Made by a program: the position numbers and the translations under genes. From Alphaproteobacteria bacterium (GTDB lineage: Bacteria > Pseudomonadota > Alphaproteobacteria > Rs-D84), in the NCBI GenBank assembly GCA_033345275.1, contig JAWPOF010000012.1, forward strand, positions 32,443 to 96,442: a DNA stretch of 64,000 nt. The letters are read 5' to 3'. Below the pieces are notes generated by a model, which had not been told where the DNA came from, did not search any database, and was given only the letters and a program-made list of their open reading frames with translations. Position 1 is the stretch's first letter; every line of letters starts with the position of its first letter. Positions 27,008 to 36,812 of the stretch are shown piece after piece.

Positions 27008-27241
27008 TTTAATTACCTTTATTTTGACCTTATAAGTTTTATAGCATAAAAATGCGAGTTTGCAAGGGGTGTAGCGGTTTTTAGTGTCTTTATTATTACT
27101 AATAATATTTATTACAAAAAGTTTACTTTTGTGTTTATGATTTTATATTAAATCTGTGTATAAATCACTACAAAATTATTGACATAATGAATTTTTTTGT
27201 ATTAATAATCAATTTGATAAAATATATAAAAGGGGTGTTAA

Positions 27242-27613
27242 ATGAAAAAATCGTATGTTAAAATACTTGCGCTGATACCATTGTTTGCATTAAGTTCCTG
27301 TCGTTCAGATGAAGGAAAAGTTACAGGTGTGTCTACACCAGAGGTACATTCGACAAATACTATTGATACAATGAGAGTTACAGGGGTATTTAACGTAACC
27401 GTGGGTTTTTATATGACTGAAGAACAATACAAATATGTAAAATGTATCGATAAGAATAATAAAGCAATAGAATATGTTTTTGATGTAAAAAAGAATCCTA
27501 AAAACGATATTGCCTATGCAGAACGTGGCGATACGATTCTTATGAATGGTAATATGTTTGTAAAAAATCTTACACAGGAAAGAATACGTTCAGAATTTGT
27601 AAATGGTCGATAA
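27242..27613 (+). CDS. Hypothetical lipoprotein
   Basis: Lipobox LSSC, SD GGGG, AT-rich. Confidence 0.75.
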   Translation: MKKSYVKILALIPLFALSSCRSDEGKVTGVSTPEVHSTNTIDTMRVTGVFNVTVGFYMTEEQYKYVKCIDKNNKAIEYVFDVKKNPKNDIAYAERGDTILMNGNMFVKNLTQERIRSEFVNGR

Positions 27614-27650
27614 AGGTATTAGATTACAAAAAACGTCCAAATGGGCGTTT

Positions 27651-27755
27651 TTTTATTTGTATTATGGCCTGAGGGCCGTGGTCATCCGTCTGCGCTTCGC
27701 TGCGCCGAGACAAGAGCCACGGGATGACATAGAAAAAACCGCCCGGGTGGGCGGT
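27651..27755. repeat. GTCATCC/GGATGAC REP-like element plus terminator hairpin, copy B
   Basis: Direct repeat of 26561-26671. Confidence 0.85.
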
Positions 27756-27759
27756 GGGG

Positions 27760-28053
27760 TTATTTTTCACGTGCTTTTACAACATCTCGAATTTGCTGTT
27801 TGAATTTCTGCTGATATGCCGTTGGAAATGTCAGGCATTCGTGTGTTTTGCCGTCTGGGAATTGTTTGCGTGCGGTTTGCAACAAAACACCCACACGTGC
27901 CGCACCGTCAATCAGGGCCTGTTTTTTGCCCCGCTTGGGCAAGATGGCCATGTATTCCACCGCCTGTGATGCACGCCCCGCGGGCGCACCATCGGGAAGC
28001 GCATCAAAATACCCGTAATCTTCCACTAAATTTTCTAAGTCAGATTTGTTCAT
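27760..28053 (-). CDS. Hypothetical protein
   Basis: ATGA overlap with upstream gene; MNKSDLENLVEDYGYF. Confidence 0.65.
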   Translation of the reverse strand: MNKSDLENLVEDYGYFDALPDGAPAGRASQAVEYMAILPKRGKKQALIDGAARVGVLLQTARKQFPDGKTHECLTFPTAYQQKFKQQIRDVVKAREK

Positions 28054-28790
28054 TTTTCTGTTCCTTGATTGTACTGTAAAACTGCCTGTTCCCAAGAAAT
28101 AGTATTGCTTTTTTTGTTTTCTTCATATGCTGTTCGTATTTCTTGTGGTATAGCCTTTATGTCAAACGCCTTGAACAATTTATCTAATTCGTTTGGATGT
28201 GTTTTTAAGTGGCTTTTAATAACCGCAATAGCCAATTCTTGTTTTTGTATGTTTGTTGGATCGGCGATAAAATTATCAAAAAATGCGCGATCTTTTTTAC
28301 TTAGATTTTCAATAATTTCCAAAACAGCAATCTTGTCGGTTTTTTGCATAACTTCTTCTATATCATTAAAAGACAGTTTTGTTTGAGCCAGCATATCAGC
28401 CGCCAGGAATCTAGCTTTGGCTTTTTTTGCCAGTTCTGGGTTGTTTTTTTTCTCTTTAAAAAGAAGGAAAAACAGCAACGTTGTCATAACCATATTTGCC
28501 CAGAAAGACCACAACATATCATGCTTTTTGGCATAATCGTATGAATAACCACTAATAAATTGGTCTGAATCAATATATATTGAAGACTTTGATACCAATA
28601 CTTTTTTGCCAATTTCATTGATATCATATTCTGTAAATTCTTGACTATCCAAAGATGCTATCACCCCCAACATAGAACTCGCCATTGTTGCGACAGTTGC
28701 TGCAGTTAACCCTGTCTTTCCCAGATGGTTTGATAGCTTTCGTTTAACATCTGAATTTGCTTTATCTAGTTTTTGTTTTATGTTTATCAT
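28050..28790 (-). CDS. Two-TM protein with HLxTHP motif (tandem paralog 2)
   Basis: Two hydrophobic segments; DRAFFD...AIAVIKSHLKTHP. Confidence 0.75.
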   Translation of the reverse strand: MINIKQKLDKANSDVKRKLSNHLGKTGLTAATVATMASSMLGVIASLDSQEFTEYDINEIGKKVLVSKSSIYIDSDQFISGYSYDYAKKHDMLWSFWANMVMTTLLFFLLFKEKKNNPELAKKAKARFLAADMLAQTKLSFNDIEEVMQKTDKIAVLEIIENLSKKDRAFFDNFIADPTNIQKQELAIAVIKSHLKTHPNELDKLFKAFDIKAIPQEIRTAYEENKKSNTISWEQAVLQYNQGTEK

Positions 28791-28808
28791 TCTTTTCTCT
28801 TTTTTTTC

Positions 28809-29585
28809 TTATTTTGAATTTCCTTTGTTTTGATTATATGTGGTCATAATTTCATTTCTTGTTGCCTTATCGTTAATAATGTCTGTTACTCGTTTCATAT
28901 CCTCTGGATGTGTTTGTAAATGACCAGCCATAACTGCTGCAGCAATATTCATGAAATTTTCATCGTCAGCAGAAACTTTTCCATCCATAATCATATCAAA
29001 GTATACGCGTGAATCTGCGGACATATGTTTGATGATTTCCGGTGCGACTTTTACAATCTTTTTGGCTGCCGTTGCATCAAGCTTGTGTTCTTTTGCCAAT
29101 CTTTCTATTTCCAGCATAATATCAACTTGTGCCTGTGCAGCTTTGATGTCTTTTTTATAATTTTTCTTGGCTGATGCGACTGTCCCAACCAAAGAGAATG
29201 CTGCAAAAGTAAGAATCATGCTCATTGTCAAATTCCAATTAACATCAGGTACAAATTCACCATTTACCATTGGCCAATAAGCATCCTTCATCGCTTGTTG
29301 ATAAGTTCTCTGTTCCCAATACGGACCTGTCTTTGGTCCACCTGGTTCATCATAATCTGGATCAAAACTTCTTGTGTGTGTCCCAACTATCCACATAGCA
29401 GACCCCAAGATAAATAATGTAGCATTGGCTATTACATTCGTTTTTAACCACTTTGGCATTTTTGCTGTTATATGTTGTTTCAAGCTTGTTGTACCTTTCG
29501 CATATTTTTCATATTTATCTGTGCGAGACAATGCTTTCTGTGCATTTTTTATATTTGATATTTTTGTATCTTTCTTTTCTGTCAT
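28809..29585 (-). CDS. Two-TM protein with HLxTHP motif (tandem paralog 1)
   Basis: Two hydrophobic segments; DSRVYFD...AAAVMAGHLQTHP. Confidence 0.75.
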   Translation of the reverse strand: MTEKKDTKISNIKNAQKALSRTDKYEKYAKGTTSLKQHITAKMPKWLKTNVIANATLFILGSAMWIVGTHTRSFDPDYDEPGGPKTGPYWEQRTYQQAMKDAYWPMVNGEFVPDVNWNLTMSMILTFAAFSLVGTVASAKKNYKKDIKAAQAQVDIMLEIERLAKEHKLDATAAKKIVKVAPEIIKHMSADSRVYFDMIMDGKVSADDENFMNIAAAVMAGHLQTHPEDMKRVTDIINDKATRNEIMTTYNQNKGNSK

Positions 29586-29632
29586 ATTTTTGCCTTTTGT
29601 TTTTTTATCTCATTCCTGGTCTAAAATACACG

Positions 29633-30976
29633 CTAGGGCAACTGTATGTATTTCAGAAGACCATGGCATATATCATCGAATACAAATTCCAACCGTCTTT
29701 TTGATGAATCTGTACATATAACAACATCGTCTGTGCCAGGTCTTTTATTGCAGTTACCAGTGCAAGAAATTCCCTGTGAGTCCGAATATATCTTTTTCAT
29801 TTCTTGGGCTGCTTTTTGATATGCCTCTTGTTCTGTTTTTGTTTGAATTTTTGCAAATGTCATTATTCTTTTTGGCTTGTTATCTCGTACAATCTGTTCT
29901 CCAACGGCCCATGCATGTTTTACGTGTTGCGGTTCTACATGAAATACATGTTCCTCAGAGGCTAATCCGTGACCAATAGATATCAGCTGTGCAAAACCAC
30001 GTCCGACAAAATTAGGTGCATTAGCCTCTTGATTATTCATCCCAAATAATAGATTCCCCAGGAAATCCAAAGTCGCTATTTTATCCATAAACATTACACC
30101 ATTTGCGTGTGTTTCTGTATCCCTTTGTTCGCCAACTTTATATTTTTTTCCATATTTAATCTTGATATCAAGTGGGGCGTTAGGCTTGCTTTGCTTTGCA
30201 TCGGTAATAGAATTTCCGTATATTCCGCGTCCATTATCATATAAAGCATATATCTCTTGTGTTAAATCAATTTCTGGTCTGATAAAGCTGTTCACAAATG
30301 CCCCGCGCACATCACCGCGAGAGCTTGTTGAGGCAGAAGCATCAAAAAACATATCGTTTGTCCACGTGTGCATTCCTGTATCTAGAATATTACCAGTACT
30401 ACTGATCTCATAAATTTTTGTATTAGCAACATTTGTGTTAATATCTTGGTTTATTCTATTGTTTTTCCAATAACCATTAGCCAAGATAACATCAACAATC
30501 TGATACGCTGTTTCGCCATTTGTTAATTTGAACTTTTTGACATAAGTTCCCGGAGTTTTGTTATCTAGGATTTTTGCTCTAATATTATTATTTTTAATAA
30601 ATTCTGTAATAAATATGTTGCAACCAAGATTTTTCGTGTATTGTATTTCACTACATTTTTTCCCGTCACATGGCAACGGCATTTCACATTTTTTTACGTT
30701 TCCGTTTTTATCCTTGTACGTACGATCTATTTCTCTAAATTTATGTTTTTGTGTTTCGCACTGTGTTTTTAATTCGTTGAAAGAAAATGTGGCGGCTTTT
30801 TCACGAAACCAATTACCCATTTCTATGAATTCGTCAGCGGAGGTTACCTCACAGTTGTTTCGCATTTTTTTCATTGTGTCCGCCAATGCACCATATGACC
30901 AATTGTATTTTGTGTCTTCATCAGCTCTAGCTGCCATCGGACATAAGACAATCAAGATCAGCAATAATTTTTTCAT
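29633..30976 (-). CDS. Secreted Cys-rich protein with Ntox44-like segment
   Basis: Signal peptide; PLDIK...DFLGNLLFG; C-terminal Cys module. Confidence 0.65.
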   Translation of the reverse strand: MKKLLLILIVLCPMAARADEDTKYNWSYGALADTMKKMRNNCEVTSADEFIEMGNWFREKAATFSFNELKTQCETQKHKFREIDRTYKDKNGNVKKCEMPLPCDGKKCSEIQYTKNLGCNIFITEFIKNNNIRAKILDNKTPGTYVKKFKLTNGETAYQIVDVILANGYWKNNRINQDINTNVANTKIYEISSTGNILDTGMHTWTNDMFFDASASTSSRGDVRGAFVNSFIRPEIDLTQEIYALYDNGRGIYGNSITDAKQSKPNAPLDIKIKYGKKYKVGEQRDTETHANGVMFMDKIATLDFLGNLLFGMNNQEANAPNFVGRGFAQLISIGHGLASEEHVFHVEPQHVKHAWAVGEQIVRDNKPKRIMTFAKIQTKTEQEAYQKAAQEMKKIYSDSQGISCTGNCNKRPGTDDVVICTDSSKRRLEFVFDDICHGLLKYIQLP

Positions 30977-31926
30977 TGATTCAAGGCCCCCTCACATTCA
31001 TCTGCTACCGTTGCGACTTTTTTTATCGTACTTATTTGTGTGGCATTGAATACCGCAGCAACCCCAGATGCGATAGTCGTTGTTCCAGCTAACACATTTG
31101 ATGCGGTATTCAAATTCTTTTCTTTTTGTTTACCAGCATCTGTATTGTCATTACGTGTTTTATCAGTATTTGCCATTGCTGATGTAACCGTTCCGGCTAA
31201 TCCACTTGTCGCACCAACAATCGCTGATACCATCGCACCTTTGGCACGTTTATTTATCGGAGACAAATCAATGTAGTTATATTCTCTGCAGGCATTAACT
31301 ATCTGTTGTGTTTTCGAAACATCTTGGCCATCCATCCTGGCTTGCATAATAACCTTTTGCAACGATTCAACGGCGGTCTTACATTCATCAATTCGTGTTT
31401 CTAAGTCTTCATCAACTTTATTATTTGCGGCAATAATCGTACCAGCTGTATCGGCCACTGTGGCACCCGCAAGTGTGCCGGTACGGATATTTCCAAGCGT
31501 TTTTGATTTTTTGGTAAGTTCATCAAGTTCTGCTTGCTTTTGTCCGATTGTGCTTGATGGATTTATTGAGTTTGCCAAAACGTTTATATCAGGTGTCGGT
31601 TCAAAATCTGGGATGTGATCAATTCGTGTTTGAGTTGCGGCCAATTCATTTAACTTATCTATTTCTGCCTGCAATTCTGCCTCAACTTGTTCTGCCTCGG
31701 CATCAACCCCAACTTTTGCCAATCCTGTACCTAAGGCCACGCCCCCAGCAACAGTACCAACACCCGTAATCGCTGTGTTTATGCCAGCCATTTTTTTTAG
31801 GTCAGCTAATTTGTCAGCGATACCAATACACGCAGCGCGTGTTGCCAGCAATGCATCATCCAGCGGTAAGGTGTTCGCCGTAGCAACAAGTGGCAAGAAA
31901 CATAAAAATAGAACTATTGACCGCAT
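30973..31926 (-). CDS. Secreted protein with paired Gly/Ala/Thr-rich hydrophobic hairpins
   Basis: Signal peptide, two repeats of coiled coil flanked by Gly-zipper-like segments. Confidence 0.8.
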   Translation of the reverse strand: MRSIVLFLCFLPLVATANTLPLDDALLATRAACIGIADKLADLKKMAGINTAITGVGTVAGGVALGTGLAKVGVDAEAEQVEAELQAEIDKLNELAATQTRIDHIPDFEPTPDINVLANSINPSSTIGQKQAELDELTKKSKTLGNIRTGTLAGATVADTAGTIIAANNKVDEDLETRIDECKTAVESLQKVIMQARMDGQDVSKTQQIVNACREYNYIDLSPINKRAKGAMVSAIVGATSGLAGTVTSAMANTDKTRNDNTDAGKQKEKNLNTASNVLAGTTTIASGVAAVFNATQISTIKKVATVADECEGALNQ

Positions 31927-31949
31927 ATATTCCTCGTTTGAACAAAAAG

Positions 31950-32125
31950 TACCGTCACAAAGCGGACGGTTGGAGGTTAAGAACTATAACTAATAGAAAA
32001 TAGCGCGCTTATTCAATATATTCGCGACCCTCCAACCAAAATAAAGTTGGAGGTATTTTTTGTCCCCACGGACACTATTAGTTTCAGGGTTCTTACGCCC
32101 CAACACAGTCGCCTGTGTTACCAGT
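31950..32125 (-). ncRNA. Structured leader resembling phage C4 antisense RNA/target unit
   Basis: Nested and alternative inverted repeats; loop TAAGAAC and AACTAATAG complementary to downstream GTTCTTA and CTATTAGTT. Confidence 0.5.
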
Positions 32126-32348
32126 ATTATGTCATACTTATGGGTATTTTTTTAGTAATTTTTGTGGGTGTTTCTTTTTCTTGGGCGAAGTCGTCAAGAT
32201 ATTCTTTTTTTGTTTTTTATATGCGTTTTGTGTGTTGGTTGGTATGGGGGCAGGGTTAGCAGAAAAATATAGATGCGCAAGTTTTTTGCTGGAAGGTTGA
32301 CTTTTATTTATGTTTTTTGAATAATAGTATAAATTAAAGGAAGGTGTT

Positions 32349-32846
32349 ATGAAAAAAATTTTGTTTGCTTTATTGGCGGTGTTGCCAATGTCGGTGATGG
32401 CGAATCCCGCATGTCCGGTATGTACGATTGCAGTTGGGGCAGGGTTGGATATCGCCCGTCGGTTAGGTGTGCCAGACAGTATTGTTGGTTTGTGGGCGGG
32501 CGCTTTGTTGACTCTGTTGGGTTATTGGATGCTGAAATGGATGGATCGAAAAAATTGGCATTTTGTCGGTCGTAATGTTATTGTTATTTTGGCATCAGTG
32601 GCGATGATTGGGTTCGTTTATTTGGGAACTGTTAAATATAATCCAATGCCGATTTGTGGTATGTTTGTGATGGATCCAATTTTGTTTGGGACGGTTTGTG
32701 GTTCGTTGATACTGATTATTACTGATAAGGTATATCAGTGGATGAAAATGAAAAATGGCGGGCATGCGCATTTCCCATTTGAAAAAGTACTGTTGCCAAT
32801 TGCTGTGTTGGCTTTGGTCAGCTGGGTGATGATGGTTTGTTTCTAG
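32349..32846 (+). CDS. Membrane protein with N-terminal CPVC motif
   Basis: Signal-like N-terminus, ACPVCT, 4 TM, HFPFEKV. Confidence 0.8.
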   Translation: MKKILFALLAVLPMSVMANPACPVCTIAVGAGLDIARRLGVPDSIVGLWAGALLTLLGYWMLKWMDRKNWHFVGRNVIVILASVAMIGFVYLGTVKYNPMPICGMFVMDPILFGTVCGSLILIITDKVYQWMKMKNGGHAHFPFEKVLLPIAVLALVSWVMMVCF

Positions 32847-32858
32847 TGGGGGCAGAAA

Positions 32859-33413
32859 ATGAAAAAAATAGAATCTGTTCAGGAATTTGTTGAAAAATTG
32901 GATGCGGCTAAGAAGGTAAATCCAAAAGATTTATCGTCTGATCAGGATTTAACAATCGCCATTATGAACCTGATTTCAATCGAGGAACATTTGATGTTTT
33001 CAGGCGCCAAAACTGGCAAAACAGAATTTTATGACCTGATTAACGAAGTTCGTGAAATGCGAAAAAACGCTATGCTGAAAATTATTCCGTCGTACGAAGG
33101 CGAGGTTTGGTGTATATCTAAACATCTGTTGGCGGCTTCTATGCGCGTGTTCGAAGTTGGTACCAAGGCATTGGCCGCTGGCGACAAAAAAACAGCCTAT
33201 GATTTGTTTGACCAGTCTTATGGATTGTATTCTATGTTCTGGGGGTTGAATATGGGACTGTTGACCGGTGAAAAAAAGGCTGGCCAGGAAGTGAAAAGAA
33301 ATACAAAAGCAAAGGCGGTGGACGCAGATAGGAATGCCGAGATGTCTGATAATGGTAAAATCGGTAAACTGAAAAGTTGGGTGAAAAATGCGGTTAATTG
33401 CTGTATTGAATAA
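32859..33413 (+). CDS. Hypothetical helical protein with C-terminal CC motif
   Basis: NLISIEEH, WCISKHLL, NCCIE. Confidence 0.8.
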   Translation: MKKIESVQEFVEKLDAAKKVNPKDLSSDQDLTIAIMNLISIEEHLMFSGAKTGKTEFYDLINEVREMRKNAMLKIIPSYEGEVWCISKHLLAASMRVFEVGTKALAAGDKKTAYDLFDQSYGLYSMFWGLNMGLLTGEKKAGQEVKRNTKAKAVDADRNAEMSDNGKIGKLKSWVKNAVNCCIE

Positions 33414-33498
33414 ATAAATTTTGTGTTTGCATAAATTGGGGGTGCGCCCCCAATTTATTTTATGAAAAGATGCTTTTTTGTGATATAATGTATCCAAT

Positions 33499-34689
33499 AT
33501 GGCCAAAGATAGATATATTTCAATTGGTAAAAAAGTAAATGGATTTTCGTTTGCAAACCTGGGTTTTTTTACGGGTTTTGCAGACGGTATTTATAATGCA
33601 GTATATTCGCTGGTTATTTTAGAGATTTTCAAATCATCGGCAATTGTTGGTATTTATGTTGCCATTTATTCCGTGTTCTGTTTTTGCGTGGGGTTGTTTG
33701 CAAATGAAATTTTGCGCATGTTTTCCAAGGCGCGTGTATTCTATTTTGCCTTGTTGATGATGGCGGTATGCTATGCGATGATGAGTTTTTCAATCCTGCC
33801 ACGAACTTTTGTTATTTTGGATTATACGACTGGGATTGCGATTACTTTGTCCAGTATGCTGATACCGCTGTTTATGTCGGATTTTTCGAAGAATATTGGT
33901 ATGGCGCGTCTTAATTCGCGGTATCATTTGTGGTTAAATGTAGGGGCTTTGTTTGCTCCGACTGTGGCTGTGTTGATTGCGGATAATTTTGGTAATAGGT
34001 CGGCTTTCTTTGCGTCTGCGGTGATTTATCTGATTGCCTGGTCGGTTTTCAAGTATTTTAAAATTGTCCAGGAGGATAAACGGATTAATGTGGTCAATCC
34101 GCGCAGAACTTTGCGAGCATTGTGGCGAAATACCATGAGTTTTTTCAGAGTGCCGGGAATGATGCGGGCGTATCTGGTTAATTTTGGATATTATTCTTTG
34201 AGGGCAATGCGTGTGCTGTATGTGCCGATTTTGGTTATTGAAAACGGTTTTGACAAGGGCGTATTAGGATGGGTTTTGACGCTGGGGATTGTGCCGTATT
34301 TAGTGTTAAGCGAGATGATGGCGCGTTTGGTGCGTCGCTTTGGTAAGACGATTTGGATGGTGTTGGGTTTTGGATCGTTTGCATTGTTATCTGCGTTGGC
34401 AATGTTTGTAACTGGATATCCGTTGTTGGTGATATTTGTTGCGTGGCAGGTGTCGGGGGCATTGATGGAATCTGTGCATGATTTATTGTTCTTTGATGGG
34501 ACAACCTCTGTGCAACAGTCCAGGTATTACGGGGTGTTTAGGACAAGTGTTAATTTGCCGAATGTGATTGCGCCAATGTTGGCGGCAGGGGCGATTTCGT
34601 TGTTTGGTGGAACATCGGCGGTTTGGACGGTGACTGTGTTTATTGGTGCATTTAGTTTGCTGATTTTAGTGGGAAAGGAAAAACAATAA
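33499..34689 (+). CDS. MFS transporter
   Basis: About 12 hydrophobic segments, ADNFG.R and L.RRFGK loop motifs. Confidence 0.85.
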   Translation: MAKDRYISIGKKVNGFSFANLGFFTGFADGIYNAVYSLVILEIFKSSAIVGIYVAIYSVFCFCVGLFANEILRMFSKARVFYFALLMMAVCYAMMSFSILPRTFVILDYTTGIAITLSSMLIPLFMSDFSKNIGMARLNSRYHLWLNVGALFAPTVAVLIADNFGNRSAFFASAVIYLIAWSVFKYFKIVQEDKRINVVNPRRTLRALWRNTMSFFRVPGMMRAYLVNFGYYSLRAMRVLYVPILVIENGFDKGVLGWVLTLGIVPYLVLSEMMARLVRRFGKTIWMVLGFGSFALLSALAMFVTGYPLLVIFVAWQVSGALMESVHDLLFFDGTTSVQQSRYYGVFRTSVNLPNVIAPMLAAGAISLFGGTSAVWTVTVFIGAFSLLILVGKEKQ

Positions 34690-34749
34690 ATTCATTGATT
34701 TTTTGGGACTTTGTTTGTATTATTTTCCTGAGAAATAAAGGGGAATATT

Positions 34750-35832
34750 ATGGCAAAAAAAGAAGCCACAAAAGATAGCGGATTGTTCGCAAAAAATCCA
34801 GCGTTGGAATCCGCGTTGGCACAAATTCAAAAACAGTTTGGTAAAGAAGCTATCATGAAGATGGGTGATGGTTCTCAACAGAATATCGAAGCGATTTCTT
34901 CGGGGTCGCTGGGGTTGGATATTGCGTTGGGAATCGGTGGTTATCCCAAGGGGCGTATAGTTGAAATCTATGGGCCGGAAAGTTCAGGTAAAACAACGTT
35001 GGCGTTGCATGCGGTGGCAGAATCTCAGAAAAAGGGCGGAACATGTGCGTATATTGATGCGGAAAATGCGCTGGATCCCAGTTATGCAAAAAAATTGGGG
35101 GTTGATGTTTCAAATCTGATTATTTCTCAGCCTGATTCCGGTGAACAGGCGTTGGAAATTGCAGATACGCTGATTAAATCGGGCGCGGTTGATGTTGTGG
35201 TTATCGATTCGGTTGCAGCATTGGTGCCCAAGGCGGAATTAGAAGGTAATATCGGTGATTCTTTTGTTGGCACAACCGCCCGATTGATGAGTCAGAGTTT
35301 GAAAAAACTGGCGGGGTCGGTTTCGCGCAGTAATACGTTGCTTATCTTTATTAATCAGATTCGTATGAAAATTGGGGTTATGTTTGGCAATCCGGAAACA
35401 ACATCGGGCGGTAATGCGTTAAAGTTCTATGCGTCTGTGCGCCTGGATATCCGTCGTACAGGACAAATTAAAGACAAAGAAAATATTGTTGGTAATGAAA
35501 CGCGTGTCAAGGTTGTAAAGAACAAGGTTGCACCACCTTTCCGTACAGTTGATTTCAAGATTATGTATGGCGAAGGCATTTCCAGAATCAGTGAAATTCT
35601 GGATATGGGTGTGAAATACGATTTGATTGAAAAGGCGGGCAGTTTCTATTCGTATAACAGTGAACGTATGGGCCAGGGTGAAGCGAATGCGCGTCAATGG
35701 CTGAAAGATCATCCAGATGTGCAGGAAGCATTGTTGGAAAAAATTATGGCACGCGCATCTGGTATCGCCGAAGAAATGACAACAGGACCAATTGATGACA
35801 TGGATGATTCGGTGGGCGAAGTTGAAGAGTAA
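34750..35832 (+). CDS. recA: Recombinase RecA
   Basis: [44 protein letters not shown]. Confidence 0.98.
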   Translation: MAKKEATKDSGLFAKNPALESALAQIQKQFGKEAIMKMGDGSQQNIEAISSGSLGLDIALGIGGYPKGRIVEIYGPESSGKTTLALHAVAESQKKGGTCAYIDAENALDPSYAKKLGVDVSNLIISQPDSGEQALEIADTLIKSGAVDVVVIDSVAALVPKAELEGNIGDSFVGTTARLMSQSLKKLAGSVSRSNTLLIFINQIRMKIGVMFGNPETTSGGNALKFYASVRLDIRRTGQIKDKENIVGNETRVKVVKNKVAPPFRTVDFKIMYGEGISRISEILDMGVKYDLIEKAGSFYSYNSERMGQGEANARQWLKDHPDVQEALLEKIMARASGIAEEMTTGPIDDMDDSVGEVEE

Positions 35833-35898
35833 ATTAAATCCCCGGTCTTTGTGGCTGGGGTAATTTGTAGATAGAAAGAAAAAAACAAAGGGGATAAT

Positions 35899-36795
35899 AT
35901 GAATGTTCAACGTATGTGGGCGATGACAAAAATAATTGTTCTGGGGCATATTTTAAACTGGTTCTGGCGACCACGCGCAAAGCGTCGCGCGGTACGCAGT
36001 GCGGTTATTGAACGGGTTATTCCAAAATATTTTGAAAGATATTTGCCGGCCGCTGCCGCAATCAGGGAAAGAAAAGTTGTTAATAACGATAAAAATGACA
36101 AGATTTTTACCCTGTGGTTACAGGGCGAAGAAAACGCCCCAGAATTGGTCAAGGCGTGTTTTCGCAGTGTACGCAGACACTGTAAGCAGGAATTGGTGGT
36201 GTTGGATGAAAAGACCGTGTTTGACTATATTTCTTTGCCCGAAGAAATTATGAAGAAACGCAAAGCAGGTAAAATTTCACATGCCCATTTCGCGGATATT
36301 TGTCGTGTGGAATTGCTGTATAATCATGGTGGGTATTGGCTGGATTCAACAGGGTTCGTGACAGCACCAATCCCAGACTGGATTGCAGATGAAGATTTCT
36401 TTGTGTATATGGCGGGGCAAAAGGTTGGCAGTCCATACAGTTATATGCAGAACTGTTTCATTCGTTCGCGCAAGGGGGCGTATCTGTTGGATGCGTGGCG
36501 GGCGATGATGTTGGAATATTGGAAAAATGAAAATGGGCCGTTTGATTACTTTATGCATCAGTTGTTGTTCAAAACAATGGTTATGAATGACCCGCGCGCA
36601 AAAAAACATTTTGAAAAAATGTTACATGTTGACCAGGACCCAACACATGCGCTGTGGTGGGATTGGCACGATAAACCATACGATGAAAAAAAGTTCAAGG
36701 AAGTGACCAGTGGCGCATTTTTTCAAAAGACAACGTATCATCAGGCGAAAAATCCAAAGCCAGGAACAGTGGCGGCAGAAATGCTGAAAATGTAA
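35899..36795 (+). CDS. Capsular polysaccharide synthesis protein (Caps_synth/GT32-like)
   Basis: W.QG...AP.LV..C, D..R..LL...GGYWLDS, DYF..H. Confidence 0.85.
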   Translation: MNVQRMWAMTKIIVLGHILNWFWRPRAKRRAVRSAVIERVIPKYFERYLPAAAAIRERKVVNNDKNDKIFTLWLQGEENAPELVKACFRSVRRHCKQELVVLDEKTVFDYISLPEEIMKKRKAGKISHAHFADICRVELLYNHGGYWLDSTGFVTAPIPDWIADEDFFVYMAGQKVGSPYSYMQNCFIRSRKGAYLLDAWRAMMLEYWKNENGPFDYFMHQLLFKTMVMNDPRAKKHFEKMLHVDQDPTHALWWDWHDKPYDEKKFKEVTSGAFFQKTTYHQAKNPKPGTVAAEMLKM

Positions 36796-36812
36796 GTTAG
36801 GGGTGTTTTGAT

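Noticed and set aside
26561-27755. CRISPR array
   Set aside because: Only two ~110-bp copies separated by 1 kb of genes; no regular spacers and no cas genes.
25595-32340. Intact prophage or ICE
   Set aside because: No integrase, structural, replication or conjugation genes recognised.
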